Source: Klebsormidium nitens
Taxonomy: Eukaryota > Plantae > Klebsormidiophyceae
DNA length: 64,000 nucleotides
Direction of reading: 5' to 3'
Assembly: GCA_000708835.1 (NCBI GenBank)
Contig: DF236954.1
Span: 108,647-172,646, forward strand
Both the position numbers and the translations under genes were made by a program. Shown here piece by piece: positions 50,101 through 62,200 of the stretch; the first letter of the stretch is position 1; each line of letters opens with the position of its first letter. The notes under the pieces were generated by a model that saw only the letters and a program-made list of their open reading frames with translations, was not told the origin of the DNA and made no database searches.

Positions 50101-53100
50101 TCAAAAGTTCGAAAGGTACCAGCCTCTCCCGACAATGAAAATCGACTCACCTCGTGCAGGTAGGCAAGCCCCTTGGCCGTCCCTAGGGCGATCTTCTCGC
50201 GGGTGGGCCAATCCAAGAAGTGAGCGCGCACACTGTGCTCAGCGGTGCGGCCAACCGGGGCTGCCGGGCACAGGTGGTCGTCGACGCTGCCTTGCTCCAG
50301 AAACTCGTAGACCAGGCTGCAATAAGAAGAAAATTTGATGGTCCAGGAACTGCCTCCGGGTTGTTCTCTCGTCTATAGACATGCCGAATACCGCTGAAAG
50401 ACTGCAAAGGCGAGCATTGCAAGGTGTTGTTGGACTATGACGGATACGAGGGGATGCGGCTGACGTTGTGAGGATGAGAAGTAAGAACGACACGAGGAGA
50501 TTCGAAAGAGATCTGACGTCGGTATTTCTACGAGCCACCAAACGTGACCACCAAAAAGCGGGTAGGAATTACGACTTTGTTAACGAGCTGAAAAAGCGGG
50601 AATGTGGGGGCGCGAAGCCAGACAGTTTTGCTGGTTGCAACTATACAGATCAATTGATACAGTGGCAGAAGGAGTGCCAATCTTACAAGGAGTGCGATCC
50701 GGAGATGCAGCAGCCCTTGAGAACCACCAGATGACGGTGCCGATACTGGGCCAGGGTCGCAATTTCGTTCCATGCTTCCTGCAGTAAGCACAGGTAGGAA
50801 TCAAGCACTATCGAACCAGCTAGTGGCCAACGAGTGCCCTTCGACCAGATTGGAAATGGTTCATCTGGTTCAATGCGTTCTACATGGACGGGACATAGAC
50901 TGTTCTCGACCCCGTGCAGGGACGAGTTGTGCTACTGCAAGGAGACGACCTGTCAAGAAGAAGTTGAACAGCCACGAAGCGTCAACGTTCACGGAAGGAC
51001 TGAAGAAGGGGAGGAAGCCAGCCGATTGATAAGGATGCGATAGCAAAGACATTGGTTTGAGCAGACGATGAAATGATCGAACTTACACCTTAAAGCTGCA
51101 CCTGCTCAAGCAGGACAAGTTGCAACTTTCTTCCGTTTCTGGCTATCCTGCAACCACCCCCATGAGCTAGTGGCTTCGCATCCTCAGCTGCCAAGCCGGC
51201 TTCACCAAAAAACGCCTCTTAAACGAATAATTGCCATCCACAGCCCTGCAGGACGCTTCTAAGCATTGAAACCAAGCCAGTCGAGAAATAAAACGAGCTT
51301 TGAAGACGACGTTTGCGTCCTCTCGTTTCAGAAGCTTTTAACTCAACCTTTTGTAGAGCTGGCCTCGCACGCGTCTTACCTTGGCTCCGTTCTTGTTGGA
51401 CCCAAACGTGGCGTCCTTCACCGCAACCACTTCCCCGTTCAGTTCTCCGACGTACACTTTCCCGGAGCCCCCGACGCCCACCAAACGGCTCTCGCTGAAG
51501 TCCTGGGTCGCTTTGCTCAACTGCTTTTTGGTGAAGACTTGCAGGCGCGATCCAACAAATTTTTGGCGCAGCGACGACAGGCGGCCGAGCGTCTTCGTCC
51601 GAGCATCCCACTTGCCCTTGTACAGCGGATAACGCCTCCAGAGGAAGAAGGCAGCACCCGCTAGTACCACAAGAAGCACAACCGCAGTACTAAGCCCGGC
51701 TATGAGCATAATGTTGGACGGACTTTCGCCCAGGGGCAAAATTGTGACCTCTATCCCCGGGGGCAACTGGTATCGACAATTTGCTAGCTCGGGGGCTAAC
51801 TCAAGTCTGGCCACCCACTGGTAATACTGGTGCACGGCCAGCTGTTGACACGCTTTGAGGTACTCAGAATCGGTGTTAATTGCGAGCTCGGTTCCAACGT
51901 CGAGGAGCGTTTGCGCGCAATGGCGGCAGTTGTCTGGTGACGCTTGTGTGCAATTGCCAGCAAAGTAGTCAAAGTAGCGGACGGGAATTTGCTGTTGGAG
52001 CGTGGTGTAATTGTAGCAACCGATGTTCAGGAGACCGCTCGCCGCTGTCACGTCGCAAATCCCTGACCCTGACCACGGTATGTAGATCACTTTAGCTTCG
52101 AGGGCGGCCATATACTCCAAGAAGCAGATTTCCGCCTGGCCCTGCAAAAAAGAACAAATTGACTATAATCAGAACCCCTTGTAAGGGTGGCTGTACCAAC
52201 GATGTCTGGATAGAACTAGACGTTGGCCTGCCCCTGAGCTGGAGGAAAAACAATTCAACCAAACAGATGATCGCAGACTCTTCGCAGACCGGTTTCGATC
52301 GGCTACAACAAGGGGTGCATGTTGCAGAGAGCCGTACCAAAAAGATTTGGTAGCCAACAAGAAGACCGTGCGGAAAACTTATATTGAGAAAATGTCCGGT
52401 ACATCTGACATCTTTCGGCAGAGAAGCCTCTCCAAAAAAGATGATAAAAAATGAGACCTTCACGTTTTAGACCACTGTCTGGTGGTATAAAACCTCGTAG
52501 TCATGTTATGGTACGTAGCAGTACTCAAAGTAAATGGTGTCTTATTGACATGTGGAAAGGATGGAAGCCCCATCAATCTGACAAGCCCACCTGCAATCTT
52601 AAGCAATCTCGTGCATAGGTGAGTTGGGAGCCAATAAGTCAGATCCTAATGTCAGACAATGCCCACAACGCTTGTGCATGTAGCCGCTTGACAAGGGCCA
52701 GTCGCAAACCCTCCGATTGCTCTTGACATCCGTGCAAAGGTCGTCTCACCTGGTCCAAAACATGATTCGTCTTATTTATGCTGGCTGCCAGCATCATTTG
52801 GTACTGTCCGGCTATCAGATTACAACAATCAGTTCCAGACTCCCCCGGCCCAGTGCAGCTGTAAAGCATCGACGTCCAGTTTTGCCTCGACCAATCGTAG
52901 GCCGTGCACTTGGGTGCTTGAGGGATGGGTGCAATGTCCACGGTGTATAGGCACCGAGCGATGCCGTTTGCGATGTCGAGGGGGTAAGCGGCCGCGGTCA
53001 TTGCGACTCGGGCGAGATCTGCAGGAAATGAGAATGTACAAAACTTTTCACGCATGCTTCCGGTGGTTCTAACAAGCCAGTCTCCTCTCGGCGCAGGTGT

Positions 53101-55328
53101 GTGCTGCTGGACAGAAGCATGTTTCTCAAGTGGATAGCCAGCACAATGATGAGGATCCGCCGCATAGATCATCATTTCGGATTCAAATACCAGGAAAATT
53201 GCACACAGATCTGAATCATTTTCATCAGGCGCAAGGAATCTAGTGGTCATTTTAAGAATACAAGCCCAGTGCAAATGAGCTGCAGATCTATCAGATGGGA
53301 GGACTGTGCATCAACTTTGGAGGCAAGGCCCTTCGCCTGTCACACGCATTGGTGGTATACAGCCATCTATTTGCTTTCAGTTTCCAATCGCTATTGCCAG
53401 CATGGAGGGGCACGTACCGGCTCAATGCATCCCTCGTTGTGAATGCGTTCTGCGAACTCAAAATCGCCTTGTTCCATTTCCGCGCATAGGATAAAAAGAA
53501 TTCTCTGTTTCGAATCTTAGCAACCGACATCTTCTGCAAGAAGCAATCTACGCACTCATGGAGCTTACCTTGACATGACGCCGTCGCTAACAAACTAGTG
53601 GTGCTGCTGCTTAGTGACATAGTCTTGTCTGCGATGAGGGCAGTGCAAAGACCGCAGTCTACATTCGCCCCAAAGCAACTGCTCCCCACCGTTCCTGCAA
53701 GTATGAGCACTTGGAGGTGCTTCAGGATACACAGCGACACAATAAAGCAATGTTTTTGACGCTTCGTCTTGCCCGCAGCTGCCAGTAGGACTACAAAATT
53801 CTTGAAGTTTGATGAAGCCCTTTCTAGCCTGACTCCCACAGATATCTTTTGAGTAGATGCAAACTTCGAAACACTTGAGATGGGTAAACTATTTCCAGCG
53901 TATTCAGCCTGTCCTCACTGGCATCCTCTCTTAGTGTCTGAGACAAGAATAACACCGCCTTGGCAAGATGAATTGCAAACTCTGTCCTTCACTAGGCACA
54001 AAATTGGCAAGCAGAAGACACACCTCCGAGCTTGGCAGGCTTCACAAATATCAGTCATGGCAGCGCTGACATACCTGGGAAGGTCCGATTCGATGCTGAC
54101 CAGAAACCGTACACAGTTGTGAGATCATCTCCACATGCTTTCCCCGTGTCCTCTGAGAGTATATCGCTCGTACTTTCGCACTTGCCAACGGCAGGCAGCT
54201 CAGCAGCTGCTGCCGAACTGTTCAAATTCTGCAAAGAGAGCCGCTTAGGAATCAGTGCACAGAAAGTTTTGCGCCGAGTGAGATGCCGGTTTTGTCTTTC
54301 GGGACTGCTCATCTTTATCATGGGCTTTGTGATTCGAATCATGGGCTACCAATTTGAACCCTGACCTGGAATGCACTCCCACAGATACTGGAATGACTCA
54401 AAGAACCCCTGCTCTCCCCGTCAACCTAGACCCTGAGCCTAAGGAGCGCAACTATGTGGCATCAGAACCGTGCAACTAAAACGTAAACGAGCCAGTATGC
54501 AACCAGTAGTCGAGTGAGATCAATACCTGGATACAAGCATCGGCAGATGCCTGAGGCAGCAAAAGGCGCCCAGTCTCATTGGCATACCGCACTCGGGCCT
54601 TCCAAAGGACTGCCTTCATTTGATCGCAGCAGGTGGTACTTGAGGGACTGGCAGTTGTGACAGCTGTGCCTAGAAGGCCCACGACAGCATTGCCTGACAG
54701 CCGAGGAGCGAGCCAATGTCAGCTTCAGGAGTATTAGTTGGCACAGAAGCCTGTCACTGCAATTCTTTCAGAATTGAACGAATCCACCTCTCTATACAGT
54801 AAAATTAAGTTTTTTGAGGAGGTGTGCGGGTGAGACCAAGGCAACCCTCAAACTTGAAATGCTCAATGTGGAAATCTCCATTGAGCAATCAGCATTTCCT
54901 ATTCTCAGACTCTAAACAAAAAAGCTCAAAAACGCTTGCTTGCCATCCAGACTGTAGTCACATGGACGTGCATGACCTCATGTCACATGTTAGAGCATGA
55001 CTTAGTCAATTACCGCGGAGGATTTGAATTTCAAAGTTTGAAAGAGGAACTATTCGAAACCACTAATAGCAGAGTTAGGCAATCTGAACACGACTTCCAG
55101 CTCACTTGTGGAGCATGCAGTCAGCTTTGCGTACTGGATGTCTGCCTGCAAAAAGACCAGGGGACATTCTCCAGGGGAGATGGGTGGAGGAAGAGGAGCC
55201 CCAGGTCTAGGCGCAGTTTCCACATAGTCTGCTCCGCTGTGCTCAATAGATACCAGCAGCAGTAAGCTAATAGCGAAGCCAACAAAGGTCCACCTGTGGC
55301 AAAAGGCTTCATTTAGCCTCTGCAACAT
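47169..55328 (-). CDS. Receptor-like kinase RLK-B, inverted paralogue of RLK-A (double SPARK-like ectodomain; 4-aa deletion after subdomain VIII)
   Basis: Exons 55328-55106, 54693-54527, 54228-54075, 53694-53569, 53018-52750, 52141-51380, 50778-50687, 50316-50151, 49735-49603, 49237-49101, 48593-48474, 47426-47169. Intron positions and phases match RLK-A, with equal exon sizes of 167, 154, 126, 269, 92, 133 and 120 nt. The reading frame is intact throughout. Confidence 0.92.
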
Positions 55329-55871
55329 GCTGCCTAAATGATGGGAGCTAGAGGCTCCACAGGATTGTTCAAGCCATCGGGGCGGTACTGCCCTGTACTG
55401 GCGTGCACGTGGACACTCTAAACTTCATGAAGAAGGCATCAAAGCCGTGCTCCTTACGACCGTATAGGTGTTGCTTCATGATGAAAAATATGTCCAAGAT
55501 CCGTCCAATTCAGCTTTTCTCTTCAGTAATCTTGAAGGCTCAAGCAGCATCCATCTGTGGCCCGCTGCGGCGTCGGTAACATGCTCTGGTGGACTACGGT
55601 TATCTTTGGAACTGTGGCGTCATGAACTCAACAAGGCTCTTCTTCCTAATTGTTAGGACTTTTGGAGGGCGCACCAGCAAGAGGTCCAGCTAATGAGCAA
55701 TTCTTGGTTGCACAATGCGTACTTTCTGCGTCCATCACAAAGCTGATGCCCCATGGGCCATATGGCGGCTGCTGGAGCTGCCTTCAACTTTCCGAATCTG
55801 CATTATGGCGGCCGCGGCTCCTTCCAATGCGGCATGAGATGCATTATGCACGAACTAGGATAGGTAGCTCA

Positions 55872-55903
55872 GGCCCTGCCGGGGCCTGCAGGCCCGCAGG
55901 GCC
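55872..55903. other. Nested GC-rich inverted repeat (hairpin) within a very GC-rich palindromic patch (~55800-56030)
   Basis: GGCCCTGC-cg-GGGCCTGCAGGCCC-GCAGGGCC has 8-bp arms around a perfect 14-bp palindrome. It is followed by the hairpins CCCGGC-gcc-GCCGGG and GCCCGC-g-GCGGGC. Confidence 0.75.
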
Positions 55904-56219
55904 TGGCCGGGCCCTGTAGGCTTAGGTGCCCGGCGCCGCCGGGCCCACCGCCCGCGGCGGGCCGCGCCCGGGCGTCGCGTGTCAAATATGCCAGTGGCGC
56001 GGGGCCGCAGCACCGCGGCCGCCAGCTGCTGTAAGCACGCTTATTCGAAAAAGCTGATTACTCAAGCTGATCCAACCCGCTCACGATTGGTTCACCCAAC
56101 CGGCCGTCTGCTACCAGTAACTCGCAACGCAACTCACTTCTAGGTAACAGCCCAACTAGTCTACTTGTTGTCTCTCAATCACGTTCTTCGGTCACTCCGC
56201 CCGTTGACGGCCAATCCTC

Positions 56220-59200
56220 TCATGCCATGTCAGGTGCGGTGCCGTTGACATACGTCATGAACTTGTCATACACCAGCTGCCCGATCGGGGCGCACAGGTT
56301 CCGGCTCTCCGTGATCGCCGCCTGGAAATGCACCCCCCCCTGCAGCCGGCTTTGGCCACATGCCGCCGCCCAGTCGCTCCACGTGGCCCAGCTCAGCGTG
56401 AGGTTCTGCCCGGGGGTGATCCCCGGCTCGACGGCGGAAGAACCGGCGGGTTTTGCGTACGGCGTCCCCAGCGCGTCGGAGCCGTAGAACGCGCGCGCGC
56501 TCGCGGCGACGGCCGCGCAGAAGCACGCGGAGCCGGAGGTGTAGTCGGAGTGGGCCTGCGTGCGCAGGTACGACTGCCACTCGGACCCGTTCACCTGCAA
56601 AGGTCAAGTCGTATTTTTGATTTGGAGCGTGTCTTGGTAAGAAAAGACAGCATGAACCGTGAGCGTTGGCGCCAGAACGCAGAGGCCACTCGGACCCGTT
56701 CAACTAGTGCAAAAGGTCAAGTCTTACTCTCGATTTGGACCAGCGAGTCTTCGGAAAAAAGACAGCATGAACCGTGAGGTTTGGCGCCAGAGCGCAGAGG
56801 CAACTGCCACTCGTACCCGTTCACCTGCGAACAGCAAGCAAACTGGTTTTGGTTGAAGCTTGGATAGACCAGTGAAACGCGGGCGCGCGCCAGATTGTCT
56901 CCTTGAATGGGCACAAAATATCAGAGATCGGACACGTTTGACTCATATGGAAAGCAAAAGGTTTCGAAGTTGCGGCCAGAGTGAGATAAGTACGTGGGCG
57001 GCTTCGCTCCGAAGCACGGACAGCACGACTGGAATTTGGACCCGTCCGTTTTGACTAGCAACCCGGAGCGTGTGCGAGATTGCGGCCATCTGAATGTATG
57101 TAGTGAGACGTGGATTGAAGTTTCACCCGGATCCGATCAACTCGCTAATGGCAAGAAAACGACGTGTAAGAGTCGTCGAGGGGTAACAGAAGGCGGGTGC
57201 GCCTTCTCTCTAAAGCGCGAACACGAAAATAATTCGGGCCGATATGATCAGAGTTAGCAAACTCATGGTCGACCTCTGAGTTGCAGCAAAACAAGACTAC
57301 GACGTTGACGGAAGAGATTCGAACAGGGGCTTGTTGCTTTGTGAAAGTCGGTGCCAGAAGATTCGATGCCAGGCCGATCTATGGAGCCGTTCCACAAAAG
57401 GGCTGTAGACCAATAACTTGCTTAGATAAAGGTTGTCTTTCTAACTGGCCAATGTATTTCTAGCTTGCATCGAAGAAGACACGAGCTCAGGTGATGACGG
57501 AACTTACCTGAGTAGGTCCAAGGCCCGGACCCCCCCAGGCAGTGACAAACTCGTTCTGGTACAGATACCTTATGGCGGTGGTCGGCCGTACGCTATCGTA
57601 CTTGGTCTGCGAGAAGAAAGCAGCGCAAGTCTGAGACTTTATAGTTTGCTGAAGCTTTCAGGAGCTTTAAAAGAAGATCGTAGATGCAGAAAGAACTTTC
57701 AGCGTGCATTTGGAATCATGCAAGGAAGAAGTAAGGCTGGCAATGGCCGCTTGAACAGTCGACGTCATGGCAAGTGTGACGTGAGCACACAGCATAAGAA
57801 TCCTGAGCGAGCTCTGATGGAAAAGAACAGAAACGTTTTCCCCTTTGCAATGCGGATGTCGAGGACCTCTTTCTCGAATCATTCCATTAAAAAACCGAAG
57901 GACCTGATTATTATCTCAGTCTGCTGTCGACTTCACCAAACGAATGCATCGGGATTCGCCCTCACCTTCTGGTACCAGACCGCGATTAAAGCATCCGTCA
58001 GCGTGAGGCCCGTTAGGGCTGTGATTTTGATGAAGTCGTCGAGGTTGTCCTTGCCATACTTGGGCCCCAGGTAGAGTACCGAGTCGAAGCCCAGGGAGAG
58101 CAGCTTGTTGTCGAAGTGCTCCACCGTCATCTTCTGGGCATCTGCATTCGACGTCGGCTGAAACTCATCAGAGTAAAGTCGAGCATTGGTGAAGAAAGGC
58201 GTCGAACAGGACCGTTCTTCAAATGGTGGCCCCACGTCAACGGGGCAGAATGCCTTAAGTCGGCTTCGCGTCGCAGCCAAAGCGCCTTGTTGTCAAAACA
58301 AACGACTTCAAGCATTCACAGGAAGGCTTGGCTGCAAACCAGGTTCGATAACCGGAATTCAGTCTGGTTCTTTGACCAATAACCGCGTCATAGCCATGTT
58401 GAAAACCTGGTTACTGCTCGGGTCTGGTCATTGGACAGTTAACCAGCTTCGAACCAGCCCGTAACCGAATGTGGTTAACCGCCAAAAAACCCTGTGATTA
58501 AAGTAAGCGAGATTGATAGACGGAGTTCCTTCAATGCACGTCAGTATACAGCAAGTCAGTTTCGAAGAACCATCTCCTTTCGTACTTCGGCACGGAGCGT
58601 CTTGGTTCCGAACCGGAGCCAAAACAGGAGTCTCCACCGGAGCCTTCATTCTCTCAAGTTTGCACGAGGAGAACCGGATTTCTTGCCGCAACGCCTTTTA
58701 CAAAGTGGAAAGCTCCGGTTTGTCCGCCACTGTATACAAACGAGGGGTCCAGTCCGGTCAGCTTTGGGTCCAAGACGCCCAATGACTCATTTCCAACGGA
58801 CCGCTGAGCGTAAATCTCACCAGTGAGGTTCCGGGAAGCCGCAAGGACTTCGTCAGCCTGATCCTTGTAAGCGGGGGCGCTCGCGTTTTGGCTGGCAACG
58901 GGCGGGGGGACCGAAAAATTGGACGCTCTGCTGTACGAAAAGGGCGTGACGTGGCCCCCCTGCGGAGTCAGGTGCTGCTGTTCGACGAAGAACCCGAGGC
59001 CGAAACGCGCGTCGACCAGAGGCTGCCACCTTAAGATGCAAAAGGAAGGGGGAGGAAACCTTGCAGTTTTTGCGCACGTACGAGTAAAGCCCGGTTCTTG
59101 ATGCTGCCTACGGCCCGAATTAGCCGAGTGTCCGGACAGAGCGGTTTTGGCTTCTGATTCTGGTCCTTGATAAAGAGAGCCAGGAAGCAATCTTCAAAAC

Positions 59201-62200
59201 GGCGAAGTACATTCAGAAATTCTCCGTCTGCTGTTCAACTCAGAACTTTTCGCGATCACGACCTCCTTGCAACCTCCCTCTGCACGATCCGGGTGGCCGT
59301 AACAGCTGTCTCAGGAATGTCACTGATGCGGACTGCTTATTTAGAACATCGATAGCAGGGTGACTTAATCTAATATCCGACCATGACCTGATGGACTTTA
59401 GTTGCAAACTAGGTACCTGGACTGTATAAAATCAGTTGATTGAAATGATTCCAACTCTTAGTTGAAAAGCGCTCCAATCAGGACGGCATCGGTTAATGTC
59501 TACGTCTGATGCGAACAAATTTTCTTGGTTGCTCTGACACGTACAAATGGCTCACCTCGTTGGGTCTTTTAGTTCGTGAGCCGTGTTCACGGGAACGTTT
59601 CCCGTGTAGTCTGAGTAGTTGCTGCGGAAACTGCCCACTTGGCCAGGAAGGGACCCCGCTTGGTTGAAGCCGTCCTGTAGCCTGGATAAAGTATCGGACA
59701 CGCTTTTTGGTTCAGAGAGTATGCCGAAGCTTGTTGAAAATGAGCAGAAGCCCGAGCGACCACGTCTACCAGAGATTGGCGGTGAGCTGATCAGGACCGC
59801 GCTGATCGATTGTCGTTTGTCAATCGATATCAGCAATTTGTTGACTCCTTTCAATTCGTCAAAGGTGCTTAGGAAAGTTCAGAATGGACAATGTACCTGG
59901 GCGGCGGTTCCGCTTTATGAAGAGATGCCTAGAAAGTATCCATATTTCGTGCTTTTAAAACTTTTCTGGAGTTGAAGCTTCTCTCCTTGCTTTCAAACTG
60001 CACCATGGCCTTGCAAAAAAAGAAGTCCGCTTCATCGTAGACATATGGCACACTTCCTTTAAGATTATTTTTAGCAAAATTGGGCCAATACAATGACCCA
60101 GAAGAAACCATTCATATGCCAGGATATGTGATAATTACAGATGTGATCTGGCAAGCGACCAGCCTTTTCAGTGCGTCAGATTGAGAGGACCGTGTTTGCT
60201 GGAAGAGCTCACAAGTATGCTGTGACAGCAGCGGCCGCCAAGTTTCCCACGCCAACAGGCGATGTCGGATCTGTGCTAGTATTGTTGGGGTCCAGGCCGG
60301 CAGCAGTCATCCCAGCAGAAGCAACTGCGAGAGAGAAAGCAGATTGCTTCAGATTTCTGTCGACGAACGAGGAGTTTTTATAGGATTCTGGAAAGCAGAT
60401 TCTTTAGCGCGGACATGCTTGTCTAGATCGAATCAGACACGATGATCAATGAGCTGGCTAGCTGCTTGACGGATCAAGAACCAAAAGCTTCGTGCTTCGG
60501 ACTGCTATTTTGTGAATCTGATACTGAAACAACTGGCACGGCCAATCATTATTTCCACAACCTCTTTCATCGGTCTCTGAAATATATCAGTAGCTCAAAA
60601 GGTTGCCTGAAAAATGGTCTCTCAGGACCCACCTTTCGCTCCTTGTGGGAAGAGGCTCTGCAGGACTCGGAAAACGGAGTACACGCATGCCAGGTTTTTG
60701 TTCTCGTCCGTAAACTCGGAAGACGGTCGCCGGAGTTTGCTTCCCAAGAAGAGTCCCAGAGAATTCGGCGTGTACGCAACCCAGGCCTGACATAAAGGGA
60801 GAGGGATCCCCTTCAGCAATGATAGGACGAGGATATTTGGTCGAGATTACCCTGATCTTCCAATTCACGTGATGCTTATTGCCAGAATTTGAGAGGTCTT
60901 ATCACGTTCCGTAAAGGTATCCGTCCACAAATTCACACTTCTTCACTCGCTATCCCGGAAGAGATTCTTCGGTCGAAGGAAGAAGAAGGGAATAGAAACT
61001 CTTGATTGAAGGGACTTTGTCTCGCATCTTGGTGGGCACCAGGAACAATTCGCGAGCGAGGTACTCTTTACTACAAAGAAAAGGAGTCCAGAAGAAAACA
61101 GATGTCTACACCAACCAGCAGCTTACCTCGTACAGAGCAATGTCGATCGCTCCCGTCACGCGCAGCAGCAGGGGCACTTCCAAGGTGGGGAGCACAGTCC
61201 GCACGGGGCCGAGAATCGTCAGGATGGTTGCGTAGTACGGGCGCGGTGCTGCTGGTGCCGGCGCCGGCTGTGGTGCTGGGCATGGTAAAGAGAAAGGACA
61301 GGTAGTCTCGATTCTACGAAGGGTTAAAGCGCATGAAGGGTAACGGCAACACCTAACTAAAAATCTAAACCCAATGGTTGCACGCTCCCCACCCGTACCC
61401 ACCCTAACCCCCAAGCTAACCCTACCCGTTCCAGTTACCCTTCATGGACCTTTCCCTTCATGAACTCGAGCGGAATAGAAAGGACAGGTAGTCTCGATTA
61501 ACTGTTGTGTTTCCGCTATGGTGAATTAAAACGTGCCCGGGGAGCGGGTGAGATTAGATTAAGGGGAGGGGTACGGAGCCTGTCGACTTTAGTCTTGGGT
61601 TTTCTGAGGCCGGGGAAGTTGATCGAAAGGCCTGCCGCCTAACTCCAAGCCTAATCGAGACTTGGGAAGGAAGATGTGGGCTGTATACGTAAGCAAATCT
61701 CTGTGTTTGAAACCTTTACCGGTGGAATCAGGAGCAGAGGTGTCGTGGAAGTGAAGAGGCCTTGTAGTGTAGGAGAGTAGAATAAGATCCAGGTCTGTAG
61801 AGCATATCTCTGGAACCAGCACATACTTCAAGGTATTGAAGTAGATCTGAACGAATGGTAGAAGCGGACAAAGGCAACTGATACTTGACGTGAGGTGACG
61901 AGAGATCGTGACGAGGGCACTAATAGCAGTACATGCTAGTACCATATGAGACACTCGAGCAGAGTTATTTGGTGGCTTTTGAAACTGTTGCACGGAGAGT
62001 GAGCAAACAAGACACAGCGGGACTGCGCTTTCCAGGCCAGTTGCATCCAGAGCAATCTCAATCCTAGCAAGCTAAGTTGCTCGAGGGTTGAAAACAGATG
62101 TTCAAGTAGACTACTAGCTGCTCTAGGGGTCACTTGCATCAAACTCACCCATCTGGTGAAGCTTTCTGTGGCTAGCCACAGTACTCGTAACTACCTCATC

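Noticed and set aside
61380-61435. CCCTAA-like units (also ~24945-24965) as telomeric repeats
   Set aside because: Short, imperfect C-rich intronic tracts with no tandem array.
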